Of a stretch of DNA of 64,000 bases, positions 1 through 7,534 are shown piece after piece. The DNA comes from a virus, in the IMG/VR virus record IMGVR_UViG_3300021961_000038, positions 32,001 through 96,000 of that record, one strand, 5' to 3'. How positions within the stretch are numbered: the first letter of the stretch is position 1; every line of letters starts with the position of its first letter. The position numbers were made by a program, and so were the translations under genes. Under the pieces are notes generated by a model. That model did no database searches. It saw only the letters and a list, made by a program, of their open reading frames with translations, and had not been told where the DNA came from.

Positions 1-186
1 TCCATCTAGATGATAGTTGTTGCCAACTATTTCATGAACCATTTTTGGATCTACTGCTATTAGATAATCAGGAGCAAATGTTCGATAAACGGCATTACAG
101 GCATAAATTTTGCCTTTACCAACTAGTCGTTGTAAATCAAAATCCTGTCGTGATGTTCCGTTACCTATGACAAACGCTTTGCTCAT
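1..186 (-). CDS. 5' part of a gene running off the window start; Rossmann-like protein with an IGNGxS motif (Maf/Cst-II sialyltransferase-like or DUF115-like)
   Basis: Translated by hand from ATG at 186: MSKAFVIGNGTSRQDFDLQRLVGKGKIYACNAVYRTFAPDYLIAVDPKMVHEI...; open to the window edge; TAAATA box 5 nt upstream. Confidence 0.55.
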   Translation of the reverse strand, partial: MSKAFVIGNGTSRQDFDLQRLVGKGKIYACNAVYRTFAPDYLIAVDPKMVHEIVGNNYHLDG

Positions 187-208
187 AGTTTTATTTAAAA
201 AAGATAGA

Positions 209-454
209 TTATGCTATTGCGGCTTCTGGTGCAGGCAGACCGTACATTAACTTTATAAAGTCTAATTCTTTTGCCTGTTCCAACTCACGTGCTTCAGATG
301 TGCGTCTGATGGTATTGATTTGACTTAATGTAAGACGTGTTTTTCTAGTATCATCTGCTTTTACCACAGAGATATCTCTCTCCGCGTCATAACGTTTGTC
401 GTCTTCGAAGTTTTTACCGTCTTTATTAAAATAAAAAAACTCTTGTAATAGCAT
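209..454 (-). CDS. small hypothetical protein next to the portal, possibly head assembly/core protein
   Basis: 81-aa ORF directly downstream of the portal with its own TAAATA box. Confidence 0.55.
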   Translation of the reverse strand: MLLQEFFYFNKDGKNFEDDKRYDAERDISVVKADDTRKTRLTLSQINTIRRTSEARELEQAKELDFIKLMYGLPAPEAAIA

Positions 455-462
455 GATAATAT

Positions 463-2169
463 TTATGTTCCTGTTGGCGTAGTTTCACCAGGTGTAGGTT
501 CTGTACCTGTATCTTCTGCTGGTGGTTCCGGTGCATCTGCTCCTGGTTCTGCTGAACCAAGTGTATCTAAATCAGATTGCATTCCTCCTGGGGTTACTCC
601 AACACCACGCATCTGTTGTTGTGAACCAACATTATCAATTGCTTCACCTGAATTTTCTTCACGCCACATAGTTTCGTTTTCTGCAATTTCTTCTTGGCTT
701 AATCCTAAGAAACGTTTTAGTGCAAAACGTTTTGACATATACGGAACTTCTTGCAATGAAGCAAATGTATTAACACGAGCGTTATCCATTTCACTTTGTC
801 TGTATGCGGCAAAGTTTTGTGGTGGATTCATTTGTAAATCAAATAGATTATTATCAATGTTAACGCCTTTAGCGTTCAAGTACATTTTAAATTCTCTATC
901 AAAAATATGACTTATTAAACTTTGTAATCGTACACAGTACTTGTTAAAACGCAGTTCTTGAATGTATGCTGTGCCCACTCTACCATCATTATATTGTGCG
1001 GCACTGTCGTCTGCACCTGTTGGTAAGTATGAACTTGGAATACGTAATCCACGGAATAATTTATTTGTAAAATATTTTAAGTCGTCAATTTCGCCTAGGT
1101 TAGTACCACCTGGTAATGTTTCAACTTTAGATCCACGTCCTTCTGCTGTTTGTGGGAAAAAGTAATCTTCATTAATTGATAATGGATTAAAACTAGCATC
1201 AATAACATTAGTTCCACCACCTGTTGAACTTGGAATACGTCTTTGATGAATTTCGTTTTTAACTCTTTCAACAAATCCCATAGCAAGGTGGGTAGGCATA
1301 TTACCTACGTCAATATAAAATACTCTACGCTCTGGTGCTCTTTGCACACGGTAGATAATAATTGCATCTTCAAGTAATTCTTTTTGCTTGTAAACTTTAA
1401 AAACTGATTCTAACAGTGAATTACCAAACGGAAAATTTCTGTCCAGTCCTTCACTTAAACTTAAATGCACAACGTGATTGGCATCAATTGCTAATTGGTT
1501 GTTTTGTCTCTCAAATCTTGTACCAAAGTTTTGTGGACCAGATCCTACATAACCTCTACCATATGCACCACCGCTGGTTGTGTAATCAACCTGTCCTGAT
1601 CCTGCCTGTGCTGTAAGTTGTGTTACTGATAGATTTTGAAAGTTAGGATTAGGATCTCTTAATACATATTGTTCAGGCTCTTTGCCTTCGCTTTCGTTTA
1701 CAATAATTTTATCTAACTTTGCAGGGTCAACGTGATACCATTTAAATGTTTCCGGATCTCTAACAAAGAAAGCATCACCATATTTGAATATGTTACGAAC
1801 AATTTTAAAAATACGTCTTTCAAAGTTGTTTAGATCGCACCATTGTTGCAGATAACTTTTTAAGATTTTTGTTTCAGGACTTGTAGTTGCGGCTTTAAAG
1901 AAAATATTAAATGGTGTTTTGTTTTCTACATTAGTTTGTGTACAAAACTCAGCAAGGATATCTAATGCCGCGTTTACTTCACTGTCCACGTCCATTGTTT
2001 CATATTGGCCATAACGTTCAATACGATTAGGATGTCCTGAATAAACATCGGGTAAAAATGATGAATAATTGGACCTCGCAGGGCCGGCCTGTCCCGATCC
2101 TGTAATAGGACTGAGAGTTCCTGATGTATCTTTTGGTTTATATTCCTGAAAGTATTTTTTCCAACCCAT
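463..2169 (-). CDS. gp20: portal protein, T4 gp20-like
   Basis: Motifs LLEDAIIIYRVQRAPERRVFYIDVGNMP, EDYFFP..EGRGSKVETLPGG.NLGEIDD..YF..KL...L.IP.S and ELRF.KY..RLQ are typical of the gp20 family. Confidence 0.95.
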   Translation of the reverse strand: MGWKKYFQEYKPKDTSGTLSPITGSGQAGPARSNYSSFLPDVYSGHPNRIERYGQYETMDVDSEVNAALDILAEFCTQTNVENKTPFNIFFKAATTSPETKILKSYLQQWCDLNNFERRIFKIVRNIFKYGDAFFVRDPETFKWYHVDPAKLDKIIVNESEGKEPEQYVLRDPNPNFQNLSVTQLTAQAGSGQVDYTTSGGAYGRGYVGSGPQNFGTRFERQNNQLAIDANHVVHLSLSEGLDRNFPFGNSLLESVFKVYKQKELLEDAIIIYRVQRAPERRVFYIDVGNMPTHLAMGFVERVKNEIHQRRIPSSTGGGTNVIDASFNPLSINEDYFFPQTAEGRGSKVETLPGGTNLGEIDDLKYFTNKLFRGLRIPSSYLPTGADDSAAQYNDGRVGTAYIQELRFNKYCVRLQSLISHIFDREFKMYLNAKGVNIDNNLFDLQMNPPQNFAAYRQSEMDNARVNTFASLQEVPYMSKRFALKRFLGLSQEEIAENETMWREENSGEAIDNVGSQQQMRGVGVTPGGMQSDLDTLGSAEPGADAPEPPAEDTGTEPTPGETTPTGT

Positions 2170-2190
2170 TTATTTTCCTCTATGCTGATT

Positions 2191-4545
2191 CTACATACTT
2201 TGTAGTTCTGACAGCATATCTTTATTAATTCTTATTAATTCGTCAAACTTAGCACCAAGTCCGCCACCGTTAATGTTATTTACCGATGTTCCAGAACCTT
2301 GACTATTATTTGATTTTACACTCTCTTGCTCCAGTTTGTCAAGTTGTTCGTCACTCAAACCGGTGATATCTTTTGCCATTCCGCGTGTTTGTGATTTAAT
2401 ACCGGCTTCATTCTCTTTGGCATATGCATCATATTTGGCTCCCATCGACTGTGCTTGATTAATCATGGAACCAATATCCATTTTGCCGTCTTTCATTCCG
2501 GCCATCATGTTACCCATGTCGCCCTGCATCATGTTTAGCATACCACCCAATGGTGAATTTTTAGGAATAACCGCTTCTTCGCCGTGTAACATAGCGGCCT
2601 GACCCTTGCCAAAGTTTTTGAATAAACTTCCCATTCCTACGGTACCTTGGGACATACTGTTCTTTTTGTGTTCTTGCAACATTTTAGCAAGACCTTGCAT
2701 TTCTTCATCGGTAAATTTATCACCGTGAATATCTGCTTCCATATTTCCAAAAATATCACCTATAGGTCTTGCTACCACGCCAATAGCACTCATAATGTGA
2801 GCAAAACTACGATTCATCCAACTCTCATCTTGCTTCATTTTTTCAAGTTGGAGTGTTTTCACTTCCTGTAGGATATCGTTAATTTCTTCATCGCTGAATG
2901 ATCTTCCGTTGTCTTGTCTTTTCTGACTTAAATCTCTAGTTGCCAATGAACCAGTAAATCCTACACCCATATCACTGCCAGCAGTTCCACCCGCTCCTTC
3001 TCTTATTGCCGTCATAAGTGCATTTCCTATTTGCACCAGAAGGTCCTTTAACCCATTCATGATATTTTCTCTGCCTTTTTCATCAAAAGGATTTAGGTCT
3101 CCGTTAAACCTCTCTAGGAATTTTATTACGTCAGGAGTTTTTTCTCTAATCCATTTTGCAAAGTTGTCCATGGCTGTTTGGAACTCGCCACTTGAGAATA
3201 CTTTTGTAAACAAATCGGAAAATGCCGATCTAACATCTTTAAGTGCAATGTTCAGTGTGTTAAACAGATCAACAGCACCACCACTCTTGCCCATCTTACC
3301 TTGGACCTCTTCAACGCTACCACCAAATAGATTAATACCATTGATAATGTTGCTGAGTGCTGTACCATATGGATCTCCCATCAACATCAACGTACCAGCA
3401 AGTTTGGCATTGGCATCCGCAAATCCTTGATTTGAATTAGCAAGATTGTTAAAGTCTCCCATCAACATCTTGTTAAAGTCTTCTTGTGATCCTGCAAAAT
3501 TTCTTGCCGCATTGGCTGAACCGGTGATTGTTTGATTAAAGCCTGGCATCAAGGCAGTTATCTGCTGTGCCGCATCAGTAACAGGTCCAACGCCCATGAT
3601 AGCCGCCATGGCCGCTTCTTTACCCGCTTCACCAAATCCTGCTTCAGCGGTACCAACTATCTTTAACATTCTTGCACGAGTTTCTCCGTCAAGACCTGCA
3701 AGGAATCTTTCGAAACCTTTGTTCATGTTGGCTTGTTTTAATCCGTTTTCAATTTCGTCTGATTGTTTACCTGTTAGTTCAGATAATTCTCTTAGATATT
3801 TTGCGTAGTCACCTGATAGGTTAACCATCTGTGCTTCGCTCATGTTACGTCTTTGCATAGCCACAGCGTTCATGGCAAAGAAACTCATGAACCTGTCATT
3901 CTGCTCATCAAAGTCCATACCAAAACGCATTAATGTTCTACCGTTGGCCAACATTGCACGTTTGTTCATGTCAAGGGCCATTTCAGCACCACGTGTTGCT
4001 GTGCCTAGTGTGGCAAATGCTTCAACGTTTGCTCCCAATGATTTTAGCAGTTGTCCCGAATCAACACCCAGTGCCGCAAAATCAGACTGTAATCTTTCAA
4101 CCCTTAACCCAAATGCGATACCAGTTTTGGATAACTTTTGGAACATATCGTAGTTGGTGTTTAACATTGTTACCAATGTTTCCAACACTGTTCCTAGTCC
4201 TAAAAAGTCGCCTGTAACATTTTTAACTGTTTTTGCTAGATCCGTGACCTTTGGTTGTGACTGCACCATTGCACCCGCTAGTCCAACCGCCGCACCACCT
4301 ATTTTGGCTAGTCCGTTAAGCGTTGAAGCCGCTTTGGTTAGTACGCTGGCTAGTTTATCAAACGCTGAGGCAACATTCATACTGCTTTTTTCAACGCCTT
4401 TTAGTTGCTTTTGTGCATCCGCGACAGCACCAGAGAACCCGGTTTTACCCGAGGACATTACATCCAAAAGTTTTTGTAGCGTTGCTTCTTCGGCCGCATT
4501 GTTTAATTCGACCTGCTGTCCGCCAATTTCTCCTCTTACTGCCAT
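2191..4545 (-). CDS. putative tail tape-measure protein
   Basis: 784 aa, Ala/Gly/Met-rich and helical-looking; C-terminal FGKGQAAMLHGEEAVIP motif common in phage tape-measure proteins; next to hub genes. Confidence 0.65.
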   Translation of the reverse strand: MAVRGEIGGQQVELNNAAEEATLQKLLDVMSSGKTGFSGAVADAQKQLKGVEKSSMNVASAFDKLASVLTKAASTLNGLAKIGGAAVGLAGAMVQSQPKVTDLAKTVKNVTGDFLGLGTVLETLVTMLNTNYDMFQKLSKTGIAFGLRVERLQSDFAALGVDSGQLLKSLGANVEAFATLGTATRGAEMALDMNKRAMLANGRTLMRFGMDFDEQNDRFMSFFAMNAVAMQRRNMSEAQMVNLSGDYAKYLRELSELTGKQSDEIENGLKQANMNKGFERFLAGLDGETRARMLKIVGTAEAGFGEAGKEAAMAAIMGVGPVTDAAQQITALMPGFNQTITGSANAARNFAGSQEDFNKMLMGDFNNLANSNQGFADANAKLAGTLMLMGDPYGTALSNIINGINLFGGSVEEVQGKMGKSGGAVDLFNTLNIALKDVRSAFSDLFTKVFSSGEFQTAMDNFAKWIREKTPDVIKFLERFNGDLNPFDEKGRENIMNGLKDLLVQIGNALMTAIREGAGGTAGSDMGVGFTGSLATRDLSQKRQDNGRSFSDEEINDILQEVKTLQLEKMKQDESWMNRSFAHIMSAIGVVARPIGDIFGNMEADIHGDKFTDEEMQGLAKMLQEHKKNSMSQGTVGMGSLFKNFGKGQAAMLHGEEAVIPKNSPLGGMLNMMQGDMGNMMAGMKDGKMDIGSMINQAQSMGAKYDAYAKENEAGIKSQTRGMAKDITGLSDEQLDKLEQESVKSNNSQGSGTSVNNINGGGLGAKFDELIRINKDMLSELQSM

Positions 4546-4572
4546 AATCTAGGAATCCCCATTTTCTACGTA

Positions 4573-4602
4573 TATAAATATCTTTATACATTATTATTTA
4601 TG
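4573..4602. promoter_or_regulatory. back-to-back late promoters: TATAAATA on + (4573-4580) and CATAAATA on - (4602-4595)
   Basis: Exact T4 late consensus on + upstream of 4614; TAAATA on - upstream of 4545; gp55-like sigma present in the window. Confidence 0.7.
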
Positions 4603-4613
4603 TAGAGGAAAAA

Positions 4614-5477
4614 ATGGCGGATAATAACATTTTAAGCAAATATCAAAGACAACCTAAGATCTATATTAAGTTGCCTAGCGAAGGTAGATTCTACAAAAAG
4701 AATCCTATGGAAAATTCGGGCAGTGGTGAACTACCTGTTTACTCCATGACGGCCAAGGACGAGATCACGATGCGTACACCGGACTCACTGATGAACGGTG
4801 AATCCACAGCCAGCGTTATTAAAAGTTGCTGTCCTTTGATCGATGACCCATGGGAAATTCCCAGCATTGATCTAGATGCTATTCTAATAGCAATTAGAAT
4901 TGCTACCTATGGTGAAAGGATGACGCTTGACGTTAGGGTTCCTCTACCAAACAATGAAAACGAAATTATTGCAACCGAACTTGACCTGCGTCCACTGTTG
5001 GACAGCACATATGGAAAAACATTTCCAACAACAGTTGAGCATGGTGATCTAAAGTTTCACATTAAACCTCTAAGTTACAAGGATCAAAGTTCATTCTTTC
5101 AGAGCACCTATGAAACTTCAAGACTGGCTTCACTGATGTCTAGAAACGATATTGCCGATGAGCAGAAAAAAGAAGCGTTTGTGCAAGGGTTTAAACTGTT
5201 AAGCAAGACAACACTTGATGTTGTGCTTAAACAGGTGTTGGCGATCGAAACTCCCGAAGGCACTGAACAGAGCCCACAGGTAATCAAAGAATTCTTTGAC
5301 AACACCGACAAGGACACATTTGTTAAGGTACAGGAAACGTTGACCAAGGCAAAAGAAATGTTTGACATTCCACAACAAACCGTTAGGGTACCACACAATT
5401 TAATTGAAAGGGGAGCACCAGAAACTGTATCAGTTCCTGTGCTTTTTGACCAATCAAATTTTTTCGCTGGCAAGTAA
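4614..5477 (+). CDS. gp26: baseplate hub protein, T4 gp26-like (probable tail/hub assembly chaperone)
   Basis: N-terminal RQPKIYIKLPS.G, M TAKDEI, IDLDAILIAIRIATYGE, C-terminal NFF; GAGG Shine-Dalgarno upstream. Confidence 0.75.
   Translation: MADNNILSKYQRQPKIYIKLPSEGRFYKKNPMENSGSGELPVYSMTAKDEITMRTPDSLMNGESTASVIKSCCPLIDDPWEIPSIDLDAILIAIRIATYGERMTLDVRVPLPNNENEIIATELDLRPLLDSTYGKTFPTTVEHGDLKFHIKPLSYKDQSSFFQSTYETSRLASLMSRNDIADEQKKEAFVQGFKLLSKTTLDVVLKQVLAIETPEGTEQSPQVIKEFFDNTDKDTFVKVQETLTKAKEMFDIPQQTVRVPHNLIERGAPETVSVPVLFDQSNFFAGK
5456..5465 (+). other. putative -1 programmed frameshift site with overlapping heptamers A AAT TTT and T TTT TTC
   Basis: In-frame X XXY YYZ heptamers just before the gp26-like stop; the -1 frame is open into the next ORF. 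Confidence 0.65.
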
Positions 5478-5497
5478 GTACACTCGATTTCTCTGAG

Positions 5498-5695
5498 TTG
5501 GACGCTCTGGTAAAGCGTTATGAAAAAGAAGTCAGCACAATCACAGAAGAACTGATCAATCTCTGCTATTACATGAGAGGTGGTTTACAGTTGCACGAAG
5601 CATATCACACCACACTCGAAGAAAGAAAACTAATAAGCAAGATGGTTGAAAACCACATGAAGGTTACCAAAGATAGTGGTGTTAATTTTCTCTAG
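5498..5695 (+). CDS. gp51-like baseplate hub assembly domain, probably expressed mainly as a -1 frameshift extension of the gp26-like gene
   Basis: LCYYMRGGL...EAY....EER.LI resembles gp51-like domains; only a TTG start without a clear SD; frame open back to 5459. Confidence 0.6.
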   Translation: MDALVKRYEKEVSTITEELINLCYYMRGGLQLHEAYHTTLEERKLISKMVENHMKVTKDSGVNFL

Positions 5696-6309
5696 GAAGC
5701 GGCTTTTTTAGCGGCCTTTTGTGCTTGTTGAACAGCACGATGTTTTGCAATTTCCTGTTCCCAGCGTCTTACCTTTTCGCCACCGGTCATCTGTCCATGA
5801 ACAAAACCTGGAATTCCATCGCTGGGTGTTGGAGCAATCTTTTGTTGCAGTTTACCAATTAGGCTTTTTTCGTATTCATCCTGGCCACGTTTCATTCCTG
5901 TAACGGTACCCTTGTATGCTTGACCCACAGTTGAACCAACGGCCTTAGCACCTTTTCCTAATGCACTAGCACCCTTGGCAATGCCCGAACCCACGCCCTT
6001 GGCTACCATGCCCAAACCTTTCATGATTCCGCCCTGTCCTTGGCGTTGAGCCACCGCGGTTAGATGCGGAGCAACGTCGCGACCAGCGACGCGGCCGGTT
6101 TTAGAGTTTATCCACTGTGCACCGTGCCAAACATATGTTTGATTGTCCAAACCAACAACGTTAGTGCCCTTGGGAACGATCGGTCCCTGTGCTTTAGCCT
6201 GTTTTACACCCTGTTGATATCCTGTCTTAGCACCCTTTACAGCACCTTGAATACCCTTTTTAAGTTGTGTAAAAACACCTGCTTCATCTATAACGTCATT
6301 TATTTTCAT
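5692..6309 (-). CDS. basic Gly/Lys/Ala-rich protein, possible internal head protein
   Basis: 205 aa; AAGGAG SD; CTAAATA late box at 6337-6331; N-terminus MKINDVIDE resembles cleavable leaders of T4-like internal proteins (inference). Confidence 0.55.
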   Translation of the reverse strand: MKINDVIDEAGVFTQLKKGIQGAVKGAKTGYQQGVKQAKAQGPIVPKGTNVVGLDNQTYVWHGAQWINSKTGRVAGRDVAPHLTAVAQRQGQGGIMKGLGMVAKGVGSGIAKGASALGKGAKAVGSTVGQAYKGTVTGMKRGQDEYEKSLIGKLQQKIAPTPSDGIPGFVHGQMTGGEKVRRWEQEIAKHRAVQQAQKAAKKAAS

Positions 6310-6349
6310 GGTTCGAACTCCTTGTGAATGTATTTAGCGTGATATATGA

Positions 6350-6847
6350 TAATATATTGGTAAGTGAACTACGTTCACTTGTGTTTTCGCTATCGCTCAA
6401 ACACATTTATTCCTTATTATATGGAATTAATAATTGCGAAGCAATTTAGCATCATGTAGATTGTTTCAGTCAGACGGAACCTGTTAAAGGGTTCCATCTA
6501 ATCTTGAACATCATGTGAGTTCGTCACAGCCAAGACTGGAAGTAGGTGTTTGTTTATACACAAGTTCAATGGGCTCTAACCTTTCCCAACCTACATCGAC
6601 ATCACGAAAAAATCTGCTTTACCGCTTTACCGCTTCGCGGATCGCTTCGCTACCTCCTGCTTCGTTCCTTTGCACGGAGTTTTTATGAACTATGTTGTGT
6701 TTTTCGATTGCTAACAGTCAATCTACGCTAACCAGTGAGCCCAATTCTTTTGATGGCCTATCTCCCAATGGGGGTCGATTAACGTGTACGAGTGTCCGTG
6801 TCACGGGTACCTTTTACTCAGCGGTATTACAAACTGGCCCGCCAACC
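6350..6847 (-). ncRNA. candidate large structured non-coding element (ncRNA and/or replication origin), family not recognised
   Basis: About 500 nt without a credible ORF in an otherwise gene-dense genome; many complementary segments (6456-63/6719-26, 6471-81/6490-6500, 6542-47/6589-94, 6571-76/6737-42, 6514-18/6524-28, hairpins 6362-80, 6380-6405, 6432-46). Confidence 0.55.
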
Positions 6848-7288
6848 TTATGTGTTAGTATTTTTTGCCTGCTCTTGAAGTGCCTGTCGCAATTTGTTTG
6901 ATCCGCCAACCCTACAATTAATAATTCCGTTATAATAGTCATCCGTTTCTAATACACGGCGGTCAAATTGCTCTCTTGCCTCTATGTAGGACATTTCTGC
7001 CCTTGATCTACAAAAATATAATACTTCTCTTGTGAATTTTTCTGGTCCCAATTGATTAACGTCGGCAATAAGAGCATCCGAGGATCCCCAATATTCCTGC
7101 CAATCACTTTCTTTGTGCCCGCGTCTTTTATTCTTTCTGCCTTTGAGTGGTGGTTTTGTGGTTTTAAACTTTGCTAATTTCTTGCCTATGTACTTGCGAC
7201 CAGTGGTTGTATTGGTAATTAGATACACAAACCCTTCATATTCTTCCGGAATTGTGTCGATTGATTGTCCACGATATGTCCACTGCAT
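6848..7288 (-). CDS. compact GIY-YIG endonuclease (Seg/DenA-like catalytic domain only)
   Basis: GFVYLITN..TGRKYIGKK, YWGSS, conserved E (IEAREQ) and YYNG.I; 146 aa with no appended DNA-binding domain. Confidence 0.85.
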   Translation of the reverse strand: MQWTYRGQSIDTIPEEYEGFVYLITNTTTGRKYIGKKLAKFKTTKPPLKGRKNKRRGHKESDWQEYWGSSDALIADVNQLGPEKFTREVLYFCRSRAEMSYIEAREQFDRRVLETDDYYNGIINCRVGGSNKLRQALQEQAKNTNT

Positions 7289-7306
7289 AGTGATACTTAC
7301 CGAGTA

Positions 7307-7534
7307 CTAATCTTGTGTGTCTAAATTCTGACTTTGCCTCTTTTGAGCCTTGAGATTTTTGCGTTTTTCTTGAATTTCTTTGCGTCTTACGGTAGCCAAT
7401 CTTCGAATGTCACTTAAAATTACACGAGCCTTTCTTCCTGTTTCGTCAAACCCTTTAACTTCAAATCGTTCCTGTGCATTATAGTAATCCATAACGGCTT
7501 GTACCAGTAACTCGTGTGTGCTTTTATTTGACAT
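7307..7534 (-). CDS. small basic protein, Hc1 (histone H1-like)-type
   Basis: F..KG....GRKARV.L..I..LA..RRKEI pattern resembles the Hc1-like family; basic C-terminus. Confidence 0.5.
   Translation of the reverse strand: MSNKSTHELLVQAVMDYYNAQERFEVKGFDETGRKARVILSDIRRLATVRRKEIQEKRKNLKAQKRQSQNLDTQD

Noticed and set aside
2647-4552. Several long antisense ORFs opposite the tape-measure gene (similar ones lie opposite the fibre genes)
   Set aside because: Shadow ORFs produced by codon bias of the real gene on the other strand.
6350-6847. Group I/II intron, RNase P, tmRNA or CRISPR interpretation of the element
   Set aside because: It does not interrupt a gene, I could not find the hallmark conserved sequences of those RNAs, and it has no repeat-spacer periodicity.
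6546-6901. Two short plus-strand ORFs (61 and 69 aa) in the non-coding element
   Set aside because: Non-ATG or weak starts, no SD, atypical composition and opposite strand to the flanking genes; likely spurious.
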